Assembly: GCA_038887515.1 (NCBI GenBank)
Contig: JAWAKK010000001.1
Span: 576,001 to 640,000 of the forward strand
DNA length: 64,000 nucleotides
DNA from: Candidatus Nezhaarchaeales archaeon
GTDB taxonomy: Archaea > Thermoproteota > Methanomethylicia > Nezhaarchaeales > WYZ-LMO8
Direction of reading: 5' to 3'
Shown in pieces: positions 30,200-39,801 of the stretch (within the stretch, counting starts at the first letter, position 1; the number at the start of each line of letters is the position of its first letter). The notes under the pieces were generated by a model. That model worked only from the letters and a program-made list of their open reading frames with translations. It made no database searches and had not been told where the DNA came from. Made by a program: the position numbers and the translations under genes.

Positions 30200-31132
30200 G
30201 TGAAAGCGCTAGTTACTGGCGGTTGTGGTTTCATTGGTAGCCATATAGTCGAAGAGCTGCCAAAGAAAGGGTTTAACGTAACGGTTTTAGATGACCTGTC
30301 GTTAGGATCCTTAGATAACATCAAAGGTTTAGATGTAAAGTTTGTAAGAGGGGACTCGGAGAGCGTTGCTACATTTGAAGAACATTTTGATGTAATACTG
30401 CATAACGGCATCCCTTCGAGTAGCCCAATGTACAAGGCTGACCCCTACTTAGTGGTGAAAGCCGTTAGAGGAACCATGAGCGTCCTAGAATACGCTAAGA
30501 AAAAGCGTTCTAAAGTTGTGTTAGCCTCCACTTCAAGTATATATAACGGTAATCCAATACCTTGGCGAGAAGACATGAACATCATGGTAACGGACTACTA
30601 TACCGAAGCGAGATTTTACTGCGAAAGACTCTGCAAGCTATATGCATATCTCTATGGCGTAGAAAGCGTATCGTTAAGATACTTCAGCGTCTTCGGCGAG
30701 AGAGAAGAACACAAGAAGGGTTATGCTAATGTGTTAACCCAGATGTTATGGAGCGCCCTAAAAGGGAAAGAATTCGTAATTTACGGTGATGGAACTCAGA
30801 CTAGAGACCTAATATACGTGAAGGATGTGGTCGAAGCAAACATAAGGGCCATAGAGTTTAGCGACTATATCGGAAACGTTAAATTCGAAGTTTTCAACGT
30901 AGGCTCTGGGACCTCGTATTCCTTTAACGATATGGCTAAGCTCCTTAGAGCTAGTGGTCTAGACGTAAAATTAACGTATAGGGGGAACCCGATAACAAAC
31001 TATGTTCAACACACCCTCGCCGATATGTGTAAGTCCAAGCAACTATTGAGGTTCAATCCGCAATATAGAGTTGAAGAGGTTCTACCACGCTTAATTGAAT
31101 ACTACAAAAGAGTCTCAAACCTATTACCTTGA
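30200..31132 (+). CDS. NAD-dependent nucleotide-sugar epimerase/dehydratase
   Basis: TGGCGFIGS, STSSIY, LRYFSVFG, GDGTQTRD. The catalytic motif reads YTEAR instead of YxxxK. Confidence 0.85.
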   Translation: MKALVTGGCGFIGSHIVEELPKKGFNVTVLDDLSLGSLDNIKGLDVKFVRGDSESVATFEEHFDVILHNGIPSSSPMYKADPYLVVKAVRGTMSVLEYAKKKRSKVVLASTSSIYNGNPIPWREDMNIMVTDYYTEARFYCERLCKLYAYLYGVESVSLRYFSVFGEREEHKKGYANVLTQMLWSALKGKEFVIYGDGTQTRDLIYVKDVVEANIRAIEFSDYIGNVKFEVFNVGSGTSYSFNDMAKLLRASGLDVKLTYRGNPITNYVQHTLADMCKSKQLLRFNPQYRVEEVLPRLIEYYKRVSNLLP

Positions 31133-31462
31133 GTATTTCACCATCCGAATTACTTTTAGCTTAAGTTTATGTTCCTTCTCTACATGAAATTATGCTACAC
31201 GATTAGTGTGAGAAACATTTCCGATCGAATATTAAGAAGTTTTAAAATGCACTTGAATGAAGTATTGAGGTTTTAGGGATTGGATGAACATTTCGTTCTT
31301 TTGCTCTTATACTCGGTGATTCACCTACAGCTTCAGTTTAAGACATTAACCAGTACTTCGAAAACCTCCTAATAGGTCAGATAGGGCGATCCCAAACCAG
31401 CGAAGGGGGGCCTTAATAGCAGAGCCTATTTTAAGCCCCATTTCAAAAAAAACGAGGATTTT

Positions 31463-31539
31463 TGGCGGGCCCGCCGGGATTTGAACCCGGGACCTCCGGC
31501 TCCGGAGGCCGGCGCTCTATCCTTCTGAGCTACGGGCCC
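31463..31539 (-). tRNA. tRNA-Arg (anticodon CCG), intronless, CCA encoded
   Basis: Reverse complement GGGCCCGTAGCTCAGAAGGATAGAGCGCCGGCCTCCGGAGCCGGAGGTCCCGGGTTCAAATCCCGGCGGGCCCGCCA folds as a cloverleaf. Confidence 0.97.
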
Positions 31540-31650
31540 TCCAACGTCAGTTAGCGTATTGCGCTCTTATTACCTTGGCGTCCCCCCCCCCCGCTTCTTC
31601 ATTGGATGCCTTAGGTTTAAATTGTTGGTTAGTGATCCTGATGTTAGTTA

Positions 31651-32391
31651 GTGTGGTCTAGCCCTATGAAGCTCATGGATCTTGGCAATGTCCGTCAAGC
31701 GGTTATAGTCGAGAGGTTGAATAGGTTCGTAGTGCTCGTTGAGCTGGACGGAGAGCTCGTTAGGGTCCACAATACCAATACCGGTAGACTTCACGATGTG
31801 CTTGTTAGGGGTTTTAGGGCTCTGGTTGCTCCAATAAGGGGTAGGAAGCTTAGTTACAGGCTCGTTGGTGTCGAGCATAGGGATGGGCTGTACGACATAG
31901 TCGACACAATCACTCAGGAAGAGGCCTTTAAGAGGGCATTAGAACTGAAGTTGATCCCATACCTTGAAGACTACGTTTTGGTTAGGAGGAGGCCTTTGAT
32001 TAACGGGGTCGTCCATGACTACCTGCTTAAGCGCGGCGAGGAGTATGCGGTTGTTGAAATTAAGAGTGCTGAGTTTAGAGGGAAGCGCGGCGAAGCCATG
32101 TACCCCGACTGTCCTACGCTTAGGGGTAGAAAGCACATAGCCAATTTGATAAGGCTTTCAAGAGAAAGTAGTTTAAAAGCCTACCTAATATTCATAGCAG
32201 CAATGCCTAAGCCTAGGTGCTTCATGCCTTTTAGGGAGGCCGACCCAGTAGTCGATAAGCTTGTTAGGGAGGCTTTGAAGAGCGAGGTTGAAGTGAGGTC
32301 TATAGCCGTTTTCATGGATTATTGCGGCCGCGTATACCTCGAGAACCCTGACTTACCGGTATGTACTGAGTGGTTAAGGATTGAAGTATAA
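31651..32391 (+). CDS. sfsA: SfsA family nuclease
   Basis: RLNRF, HNTNTGRL, VEIKS, YPDCPTLRGRKH, DP motifs. Confidence 0.9.
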   Translation: MWSSPMKLMDLGNVRQAVIVERLNRFVVLVELDGELVRVHNTNTGRLHDVLVRGFRALVAPIRGRKLSYRLVGVEHRDGLYDIVDTITQEEAFKRALELKLIPYLEDYVLVRRRPLINGVVHDYLLKRGEEYAVVEIKSAEFRGKRGEAMYPDCPTLRGRKHIANLIRLSRESSLKAYLIFIAAMPKPRCFMPFREADPVVDKLVREALKSEVEVRSIAVFMDYCGRVYLENPDLPVCTEWLRIEV

Positions 32392-32582
32392 ATTAGCGGT
32401 TACGGGAGAAAAGTATACAGTGATCTGTTCCCTTGAGCTTGAAAAGTCATGCTACAATCATATCAAGGCACGGTACTGACCGACGATAGAAAGGCGAATT
32501 CCTTTACGTTTAGGAGTAGCTAAATTTACATAGGAGAAAGGCGAATCTCCTTAAGGAAAGTACGTATCTTAGGGTTTCATCG

Positions 32583-33143
32583 ATGAAGTTCTTAGGGATA
32601 GACCTCGCTGCCAGTAATAAGAGGCCTTCAGGCTACTGCATCCTCCATTCCAAAGACTTGCTCTGTGAAACGGGCGTTGTAAGAAGCGATGAGGAGATAA
32701 TGGAATTAGCGTTGAAAACTTGGCCTAAGGTCATAGCGATAGACTCTCCATTATCTCGCGCGCTTAGAGGGTGTCCCTTTAGAGGGTGCGACTTAGAAGC
32801 TAGAAAAAGAGGGTTCATGGTATTGCCACTAAGTATGCCAAGCATGACGAGGCTAACCGAGAGAGGAATTAAATTAAAAGAAAGTCTAGGAAAAGCTGGC
32901 TTTAACGTCATAGAGGTCTTCCCTACGGGGGGCTTTAAGGCTCTAGGCATAAAGCCGCCTAAAAGGGGGTTTGAAGAAGCCGTAGCTGGACTAAAAGGTC
33001 TTGGATTAAAGATTTGTAGTGTGAGGAGCGTTCACGAACTTGACGCAGTGATGGCAGCTTATACGGCCTACAAGTACTTTAAAGGAGAGGTTGAGGTGCT
33101 AGGCAACGTCAAGGAAGGCTTCATAGTGATCCCCAAGAAGTAA
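32583..33143 (+). CDS. DUF429 family RNase H-like protein
   Basis: GIDLA, IAIDSPLS, IEVFP, HELDA. Confidence 0.85.
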   Translation: MKFLGIDLAASNKRPSGYCILHSKDLLCETGVVRSDEEIMELALKTWPKVIAIDSPLSRALRGCPFRGCDLEARKRGFMVLPLSMPSMTRLTERGIKLKESLGKAGFNVIEVFPTGGFKALGIKPPKRGFEEAVAGLKGLGLKICSVRSVHELDAVMAAYTAYKYFKGEVEVLGNVKEGFIVIPKK

Positions 33144-33248
33144 TATGAAGTATGCGGTTTGAGGATGAAGCCCTAGCTTAGTTGACGTAACATTAAAGCG
33201 AAATACCTTTTAACCCGCAGAGAAATGATACAGAAGGGTAGAAAATTA

Positions 33249-33392
33249 TTGTCTACATCTGTTTTGAACGTTAAACCTCCAGTTGAAGGTAGAAAGATGT
33301 TGTGCCCTTACTGTGGGTGCTACGTGGATTTAAGCGAGTACTACGCAGCTCACTATAATCGTCGATGTTTGAACCGTAAGCGCAATAATTAA
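33249..33392 (+). CDS. Small zinc-finger protein (47 aa), not in the ORF track
   Basis: MSTSVLNVKPPVEGRKMLCPYCGCYVDLSEYYAAHYNRRCLNRKRNN; CxxC...HxxxxC; TATA-like CTTTTAA upstream. Confidence 0.55.
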   Translation: MSTSVLNVKPPVEGRKMLCPYCGCYVDLSEYYAAHYNRRCLNRKRNN

Positions 33393-33432
33393 GCTAAAGA
33401 ATTTGTAGCAGCACAAATAGTAGTGCGAAGCG

Positions 33433-34077
33433 GTGCGCCCTATGAGCTTACAAAGGGTCGTTAACTTGGTGGAAACACTAATTTTGAGCTCTGCCCTAGG
33501 ACCTTCCCCTAAGTTTGATGAATCTCACATAATTAAGCTGTTCATGTCCCTCCTTAAAGAGGGGGCCATTGGTAGGATTAAGTTATCGAAAATCCTATCA
33601 TTGGGAGAGGGATCTACTAGAACTTTAATCTCGAAGATGAGGAAGCTAGGCTTAATAGAGGAAACGAAGAGGGGATGTTCCTTAACAAGCCTTGGAAAGG
33701 AGATTGCTGATATTCTGACCTCTAAAATACCTTTAACATGTGAGGTCCCAATTAACGACTTCGGTATAGGAGGTAAAGGTGTCGGGGTCCTGATAAGGGG
33801 GGCCCCGGCAAGGATTGATGTGGTTAAGCTCAGAGACGAAGCAGTAAAGAGGGGTGCAAAGGCTCTTATAACATTAATTTTGATTGATGGTAAGCTAATC
33901 ATGCCCGTTCTAGAGGAAGATGTCGTAAGTAAGTGGCCTAAAACTGCCCGCTCCATATTAGAGACGTTTAACCCAATGGATGGAGATGCAGTCCTAATAA
34001 GCATAGCCGACGACTACTTAAGCGCTGAAAAGGGGGCACTGATAGCTGCTTGGAACCTAGCCTTTAAGTGGACTTAG
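33433..34077 (+). CDS. wHTH protein, DUF4443-like
   Basis: IGRIKLSKILSLGEGSTRTL HTH, LRDEAVKRGA. Confidence 0.75.
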   Translation: MRPMSLQRVVNLVETLILSSALGPSPKFDESHIIKLFMSLLKEGAIGRIKLSKILSLGEGSTRTLISKMRKLGLIEETKRGCSLTSLGKEIADILTSKIPLTCEVPINDFGIGGKGVGVLIRGAPARIDVVKLRDEAVKRGAKALITLILIDGKLIMPVLEEDVVSKWPKTARSILETFNPMDGDAVLISIADDYLSAEKGALIAAWNLAFKWT

Positions 34078-34255
34078 TGCTAAATCATAGCTCATCGAGC
34101 TGATTAATGAACCTTAAGGTTAACGAGCCTAAGAAAATCCTCTACACTAGAGCCTCGTAGCTTAATGGTAAATTTGGTGGAGGGATTTTAATAGTGACCT
34201 ACAATATAAATATATAGGGGCTAAGAGCTTTGTTAAAAACGTTGGACTTATAGAA

Positions 34256-34390
34256 TTAAGGCTTCCTAACCAACTGTCGTCTACATATCTTACAAAGCCC
34301 GTGGCCTAAATGACAGGAGGAGCATATGTGCCTCTGGCAGCGCCTGCAGATTAAATGAGCTACCCTGCTTCTACATATTTCACATATCAT
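34256..34390 (-). CDS. Small 4xCxxC zinc-finger protein (44 aa), not in the ORF track
   Basis: [44 protein letters not shown]; ATGA overlap with the thi4 stop. Confidence 0.75.
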   Translation of the reverse strand: MICEICRSRVAHLICRRCQRHICSSCHLGHGLCKICRRQLVRKP

Positions 34391-35181
34391 TTTCCTCTAA
34401 GGTCCCTTTCAACTACTTCAGCTATTTTCTTCCCAGAAAGTAGCATTGAGCCGAATATTGGCCCCATCCTAGGGAGGCCGTAAACTGCAGCTACGGCCAT
34501 TCCTGCTACGTAGAGGCCGTCTATTACCTTCCCCGTCTTCTCCACGACTAGTTGTTCCGAGATTTCGCTATAAGCTGACCTCTCTCCTACGAGGGTTATT
34601 GATGCGTTGGGTATCTTCCTAGAAGCCACGGTCACGACCTCGGCATCGTGGCCCGTAGCATCTATTACTGCCCTAGATCTAATGAACATTGGGTCTACGT
34701 GGAGCCCAGCTATTTGAACTGCACTCCACTGAACGCTTACACCTTCAATCCTCAAAGGGTTATCCCTATATATTACATCGTCCACGCTGAGGCCAAGTAT
34801 CACTTTAGCCCCTGCATCAATTGCACCTGAAGCTAACTTAGCGAGCATCTCGGCTGCATCCGTTATATAGACCCCACTACCCACAGGAGTCAGTTTACAA
34901 CCGACCTCCCTCAATATTTGATCGGCCGGCTCTCCCAGCAACACCTTGTGGAATAGCATGCCACCTCCCCCTATGCCGCCACCGAAGCTCAATCTCCTCT
35001 CCAAAAGCACAACTTTGAAGCCTCTCTTCGCTAAGTACCTCGCTGCCGTCATACCTGATGGTCCTGCTCCAACAATTACAACGTCAACCTTTGATATCTC
35101 AATCCAATCCTTGCAGGCGTTCTCAACTATTATTCTGGTAATCTCGTTCTCGGGCAAGCTCTTTACGATCATGTACACCAA
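34387..35181 (-). CDS. thi4: Sulfide-dependent adenosine diphosphate thiazole synthase
   Basis: [20 protein letters not shown] (His in place of the suicide Cys), [16 protein letters not shown]. Confidence 0.95.
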   Translation of the reverse strand: MVYMIVKSLPENEITRIIVENACKDWIEISKVDVVIVGAGPSGMTAARYLAKRGFKVVLLERRLSFGGGIGGGGMLFHKVLLGEPADQILREVGCKLTPVGSGVYITDAAEMLAKLASGAIDAGAKVILGLSVDDVIYRDNPLRIEGVSVQWSAVQIAGLHVDPMFIRSRAVIDATGHDAEVVTVASRKIPNASITLVGERSAYSEISEQLVVEKTGKVIDGLYVAGMAVAAVYGLPRMGPIFGSMLLSGKKIAEVVERDLRGK

Positions 35182-35242
35182 CCCCTAAAGAAGTTGGGCA
35201 TGAGTATTTCTAAGCTAGACTAGGTTTAAATCGTTTAAGGAT

Positions 35243-36739
35243 CTATTTAAGGAGCGTTTTAAGTGACTCTTCGACCTCCTTGACGAAGCGTTCCCCCCGC
35301 TCCTCAGCTTTAGTAATTAACGAAGATGCCAGTAGGGTCAGTGTTGCAGCTAAGAGACCCCATACTCCCGGGTCGAATTGTAATACGTTCTGTATCCACG
35401 AGGTTAACTGACCGAGTTGTAGCGCGTAGCGTGAAAAGGTCAATACCCCGGTTACGGTTATGCCTGCTACTATGCTAGCATACGCTGAAACCTTGTTTGC
35501 CCGTCTCCACACCAAAGCAGCTATGAAGGTTGGGACAAGCTGTAGAAGCCAGCTTGAAGATGTAACTGCAAGATCCACTATAAAGCCCTTAGTGAAGGAG
35601 AAGGATAAAGTCGCTAGCGCTATAATTACCATGAAGACCCTACCAACCAATAGGGCTTTACTCTCATCGAACTTCGGCCTTACCGCCTTCACGACGTTCA
35701 CCGCGAACTCGGAGCTCAGCGTTAGCATTATCGAGTCAAGGGTCGATATGCTGGCAGCAAGTATCCCCAGAACCGCTATTAGTGCTATAGGCTCCCATAC
35801 CATCGTTAGGAGGGTGGGTGTAACCATATTTTGATCTTTGACTCCAGGAACCACTATATGAGCTACGAGACCAAGTAAGGTCACAATCACCGTGTAAGCG
35901 AAGCCGAAGACTAGAAAGCCTCCAATCATGTTTCTAAGGGATCTAACAGATTTTGGTACGTAGAACCTTTGAACCACTTGAGGGTTCGATATACAAAAGA
36001 AGAACCATGGAATAGTCATGCTAACGAAAGTCGGAAGTGTAAACTTATTGTGGGGCCCTGGAACGCCCAGTATCTCTACGTCCTGGGCCAGCTTATCGAA
36101 AACCGCTCCTATACCTCCAGCTAGCTGGAAGACCGCTAATAGCATTACGATAGACGACACTAACATAACGATAGCTTGTAAAGCGTCAGTCCAAGCGACG
36201 GCTCTCATGCCACCCCAGAGCGTGTACGCAAAGGCTACAACAATCACTAGTGTTGCACCAAACTCAAACGGTAAGGCGTTATTGGTTAATCCACTAACAA
36301 GAACCCCCACACCTATTAACTGGGCTGCCATGTATGGTATCAAGAAGACGTGATAGAGGACGGCGACTATCATTCCAAGTAACGGACTTCCATACCTCTC
36401 TGCAAGTAGCTGAGCCGGCGTTACAAGGTTCCACTTTCTACTGGCAACGTAAAACCTCAAACTAAGCAAGACCGCTAACATTAAACCCATTAAGTATATG
36501 AGTTCGAACCCTAAAGCCCCAACACCGTGTATTGCCGTTAATCCAACGAGGCCAACCATCATGAAAGCGCTGTATGTTGTAGCTGAATACGTCATTGCGG
36601 CAATGAAGCTCCCTATCTTTCTTCCGGCTATAAAGTACTCCTCAATAGTTTTTTCAGTCCTCATCTTGCCTTGGTGAGCTATGAAGAAACATACGGCAAA
36701 GAACGTTATAATTGAGACCAAGACAAGTAGAGGGTCCAT
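35243..36739 (-). CDS. Sodium:solute symporter (SSS) family protein
   Basis: EYFIAGR, ATTYSAF, GGMRAVAWTD, PQVVQRF, AASISTLDS. Confidence 0.92.
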   Translation of the reverse strand: MDPLLVLVSIITFFAVCFFIAHQGKMRTEKTIEEYFIAGRKIGSFIAAMTYSATTYSAFMMVGLVGLTAIHGVGALGFELIYLMGLMLAVLLSLRFYVASRKWNLVTPAQLLAERYGSPLLGMIVAVLYHVFLIPYMAAQLIGVGVLVSGLTNNALPFEFGATLVIVVAFAYTLWGGMRAVAWTDALQAIVMLVSSIVMLLAVFQLAGGIGAVFDKLAQDVEILGVPGPHNKFTLPTFVSMTIPWFFFCISNPQVVQRFYVPKSVRSLRNMIGGFLVFGFAYTVIVTLLGLVAHIVVPGVKDQNMVTPTLLTMVWEPIALIAVLGILAASISTLDSIMLTLSSEFAVNVVKAVRPKFDESKALLVGRVFMVIIALATLSFSFTKGFIVDLAVTSSSWLLQLVPTFIAALVWRRANKVSAYASIVAGITVTGVLTFSRYALQLGQLTSWIQNVLQFDPGVWGLLAATLTLLASSLITKAEERGERFVKEVEESLKTLLK

Positions 36740-36741
36740 TT

Positions 36742-36918
36742 CTAGGCCCTCCAGCTCTTCATAGTATAAAACATCAACGCTATGGCAGCCAGTGCATCAA
36801 TACACCAGAAGAGGTACGTAAACCACATAAGTTCTGGGGATCTTAAGGCAGTGTATGGAACTACGTAGGCTAGTAGCAGTAGGACTATGAAGTAGATGAT
36901 CGTTGAACGGTATTTCAT
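36742..36918 (-). CDS. Small two-TM SSS accessory membrane protein (58 aa), not in the ORF track
   Basis: MKYRSTIIYFIVLLLLAYVVPYTALRSPELMWFTYLFWCIDALAAIALMFYTMKSWRA; stop lies 2 nt before the SSS start. Confidence 0.8.
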   Translation of the reverse strand: MKYRSTIIYFIVLLLLAYVVPYTALRSPELMWFTYLFWCIDALAAIALMFYTMKSWRA

Positions 36919-36951
36919 TTCTCTTCGAATTTCTTCTAATTCGAAGAGAAA
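36918..36951. promoter_or_regulatory. Perfect 14-bp inverted repeat, probable operator
   Basis: TTTCTCTTCGAATT-tcttct-AATTCGAAGAGAAA between the minus-strand TATA (TTATATA ~36953-36959) and the ATG at 36918. Confidence 0.75.
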
Positions 36952-36986
36952 ATATATAAGTTTTTTTATAAAATTTCTCTTTAGAA

Positions 36987-37961
36987 ATGGCTGAAGAGAC
37001 GATACTAAGACTATTGAGGGAAAGGGGTAGTAGAGGGGCCCTTCAATCCGAGATACCTGAATCTACAGGCTTTTCGAAATCGACGATATCCTACTTCTTA
37101 TCGAAACTTGAAGGCGAGGGGATTATTGTTAGGAGAAGGGTTCCCGGCTCCGGCTTTAGAGTTTGGCTAAAAAGTTCGGAGTCCTCGAGTAAGCTCGTAA
37201 GGGTTGGTATTGTAAGAGCCGCCGAGTACCCGTTTATCTTTGACTTCAAGTCTATGCTTGAAGAGAGGGGTTTAGGAGTTTACGTGAAGGTTTACGATGA
37301 TGGAGTAGCAGTCATGAGCGACTTAGTTAAAGGAAAGATAGATGCCGGGTTTTCGCCTTTCATAACTCAGCTGATCTTCTATGCCTCCTCTAGGAGGAAA
37401 TTTAGGATTGTAGCGCTGGGAGTTAGCGGTGGTGGAAACATAGTTTTGAGGAGAGGAGTTGAGCTAAGCGAAGTTAAAAGGACGGGCTCGACGCTTGCTT
37501 CAACGATGGACGTTTGCCTAACAGCATACTTGAGGAAGGAAGGCCTCAGCGATGTTGAGGTCGTTTACTTTGAAAGCCCACAAAGCATGGTTAAAGCGTT
37601 AGAGGAGGGAGTAGTTCAGATGCTAAGTATATGGGAACCCTATGCAAGCGTGCTGGAGTCGAAGGGCCACAAAAGGATCATTAGGTTCAGCGATTACCTA
37701 GGTTTATACCCATGTTGCATGTTGGCCGTAAATCCAGTAGACGAAGAGCTCGTAGATCTAATAATCGATGGCTTCGCAAGTTCCTTGTCGAAGAGGAACT
37801 ACGAGGACCACGCCGTTAAGCTGGGCGATCTGATAAACGTGGAGCCAAGCATTGTGCGGAAGAGCATCTCAGAATACACGTTTCATCCCAAGTTCGAGGT
37901 TAAAGATGTCAGTAGGTACTTAAAGGCTGTCGGCCTTGAAGCGACACTTCCATGGATATAA
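36987..37961 (+). CDS. HTH + type 2 periplasmic-binding-like (NMT1/THI5-like) cytoplasmic regulator
   Basis: LQSEIPESTGFSKSTISYFLSKLE HTH followed by RAAEYP...IWEPY...PCC PBP2 pattern; no signal peptide. Confidence 0.75.
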   Translation: MAEETILRLLRERGSRGALQSEIPESTGFSKSTISYFLSKLEGEGIIVRRRVPGSGFRVWLKSSESSSKLVRVGIVRAAEYPFIFDFKSMLEERGLGVYVKVYDDGVAVMSDLVKGKIDAGFSPFITQLIFYASSRRKFRIVALGVSGGGNIVLRRGVELSEVKRTGSTLASTMDVCLTAYLRKEGLSDVEVVYFESPQSMVKALEEGVVQMLSIWEPYASVLESKGHKRIIRFSDYLGLYPCCMLAVNPVDEELVDLIIDGFASSLSKRNYEDHAVKLGDLINVEPSIVRKSISEYTFHPKFEVKDVSRYLKAVGLEATLPWI

Positions 37962-38149
37962 GTGGTTAAGTTTTTGTAAAGCAGAGTAGGAGCTTGTTGT
38001 TCATAGCAAGTCTCTAACTTTCTAGCGCGCTGATGACCTAACTCGTCCTCAGGTTCAATATCATCTAATAGTTGGCTTGAAAGATGGTTATGCTCTTTAG
38101 TTGTTGAAGTCGACTAGAAATAAATATCTTTTAACCTTAAACTCTACAA

Positions 38150-38833
38150 TTGATGGATATGCCTCTTTTAATTGAGGCTAAGAATATTTACGAAGGATGG
38201 TTTAAGGCAGTCTTAGCTGTACTAAATCATGGATCTTGGACTGCAAAGGAGGATTCTAAGATCCTAGAGGTGGAAGACTTAATTCTCCATATAGGGGACC
38301 TGTCGAAACCTACAAGGCACCCAGAAGTTCTCGAAAAGATAGGGTGCCTAAGTCCTACTCAACTAGAAGCTTACGTTAAGCAGTTTACGTCGTCAGACAA
38401 AATGGGCTTCGCTTACACCTATGGCGAGAGACTGAGAGCCTACGCGTGCCCAAGGTGTGGTGCAACGTTCGACCAAGTATCATTCGTCAAGGAAAAGCTA
38501 TCGAAATTTCCGAATACGAATCAAGCGGTAGTTGTATTATACAATCCATTAAGAGATTCGGATAGCACCAAGCATGGCGATCCACCGTGCTGGAACTGGG
38601 CTCAATTTAGGCTAAGAAAGAAAGAGCTACACGTTACAGCCGTCTTTAGGAGCCACGATTATGCCAAAGCTCTTTATCCAAACCTCTATGCGATAGCGAC
38701 ATTAGCGGAGGAACTTTACCCAAAAGGTACCAGAAAGCTTACGCTACTGTCTGCTAGCGCTCACATATATGAAGCCGATTACAAGATTGTCGAGAAACAC
38801 GTATCCCCCTTCAGGTTGCTGTACAGAGTTTAA
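38150..38833 (+). CDS. thyA: Archaeal-type thymidylate synthase
   Basis: YTYGERL, DPPC (catalytic Cys), FRSHD, N specificity residue, SAHIY. Confidence 0.85.
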   Translation: MMDMPLLIEAKNIYEGWFKAVLAVLNHGSWTAKEDSKILEVEDLILHIGDLSKPTRHPEVLEKIGCLSPTQLEAYVKQFTSSDKMGFAYTYGERLRAYACPRCGATFDQVSFVKEKLSKFPNTNQAVVVLYNPLRDSDSTKHGDPPCWNWAQFRLRKKELHVTAVFRSHDYAKALYPNLYAIATLAEELYPKGTRKLTLLSASAHIYEADYKIVEKHVSPFRLLYRV

Positions 38834-38911
38834 GGTATTATGTACGGTAACACTCACTTACTTGCAATGCTTATATGCCTCATCGTCGCATAGCTCTAAC
38901 GGTGTCGAGAT

Positions 38912-39682
38912 TTGAAAGCTTTAAAGCTAGCCGAGCTCTCTTGGGTTGAGCTTAGGGAGCTACTAGACAAGGGACTCGATACGGTCTTTATCCCCGTCGG
39001 AACCATTGAAGCCCACGGCAAGCACTTGCCACTAGGTACTGACATTTACATCCCCGACAAGATAGCTGAAGTCCTATGCTCAAAGGTTGGCGGGGTACTG
39101 GCTCCGACGATTCCCTATGGAGTTACAAGAAGCATGATCGGATACCCAGGCTCGCTTACCTTGACGCCGGAGACCTTTAAGTCTATGATCAAGGAACTAG
39201 CAGTATCATTTGGCAGAAAAGGCTTTAAGTACATCATCTTCGTTAACGGACATGGAGGGAACACAGAACTGATAAAGGAAGCCATTAGGGAAGCTTACGC
39301 GGAAGCTGGCGTGAAGGGTATGGTGATTGATTGGTGGCTTGCGGCCAAAAACGTTATCGATAAGTACTATCCTGTAGGTCAAGGGCACGCATTGGCTGAA
39401 GAGACAGCAGCTCTAATAGCTTCTAGAGCCGACCTCCTTAAGAAAGACCTCTACGATGAGGACGAGTACGTTCTGTATCAAGAAGGTCTCTGGGCCTACC
39501 CCCTCCCAGCTTCAGCATTGGCTTACAAGAATGAGAAGCCAAAAATCGATTTTGATGAAGAGAAGGCTAAGAGGTTCCTCGATGAGGTCTGCGATTATCT
39601 AGCTAAAGAGGTCGAGAGCGTAATAGAGAGGTGGAGGAGAGGTATTGACGCCATCGAAAGGAGGCTTGGGAAGTTAAGCTAA
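38912..39682 (+). CDS. Creatininase family amidohydrolase
   Basis: PVGTIEAHGKHLPLGTD, NGHGGN, HALAEET. Confidence 0.9.
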   Translation: MKALKLAELSWVELRELLDKGLDTVFIPVGTIEAHGKHLPLGTDIYIPDKIAEVLCSKVGGVLAPTIPYGVTRSMIGYPGSLTLTPETFKSMIKELAVSFGRKGFKYIIFVNGHGGNTELIKEAIREAYAEAGVKGMVIDWWLAAKNVIDKYYPVGQGHALAEETAALIASRADLLKKDLYDEDEYVLYQEGLWAYPLPASALAYKNEKPKIDFDEEKAKRFLDEVCDYLAKEVESVIERWRRGIDAIERRLGKLS

Positions 39683-39801
39683 CAACTCGCTTTCTTTAGC
39701 ATGGTGAGCTAGTAGACTTACTGATTTTCAAGCCTTTACCTCACAAAACCATGGAAAGGCATTTAGCTTTTAAAACGTAGACCTATCGTAGGTGAGGTTG
39801 A

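Noticed and set aside
31133-31462. Possible integrated element or att site at tRNA-Arg
   Set aside because: No integrase, transposase or duplicated tRNA fragment in the window; not called as a mobile element
32488-32551. 12-nt direct repeat AGAAAGGCGAAT (32488, 32535) and a small AGGAGA/TCTCCT hairpin
   Set aside because: Only two short copies; not CRISPR-like and no supporting context
37962-38149. TGATGA box-C-like motifs here and at ~62475 as possible C/D sRNAs
   Set aside because: No properly spaced CTGA D boxes were found
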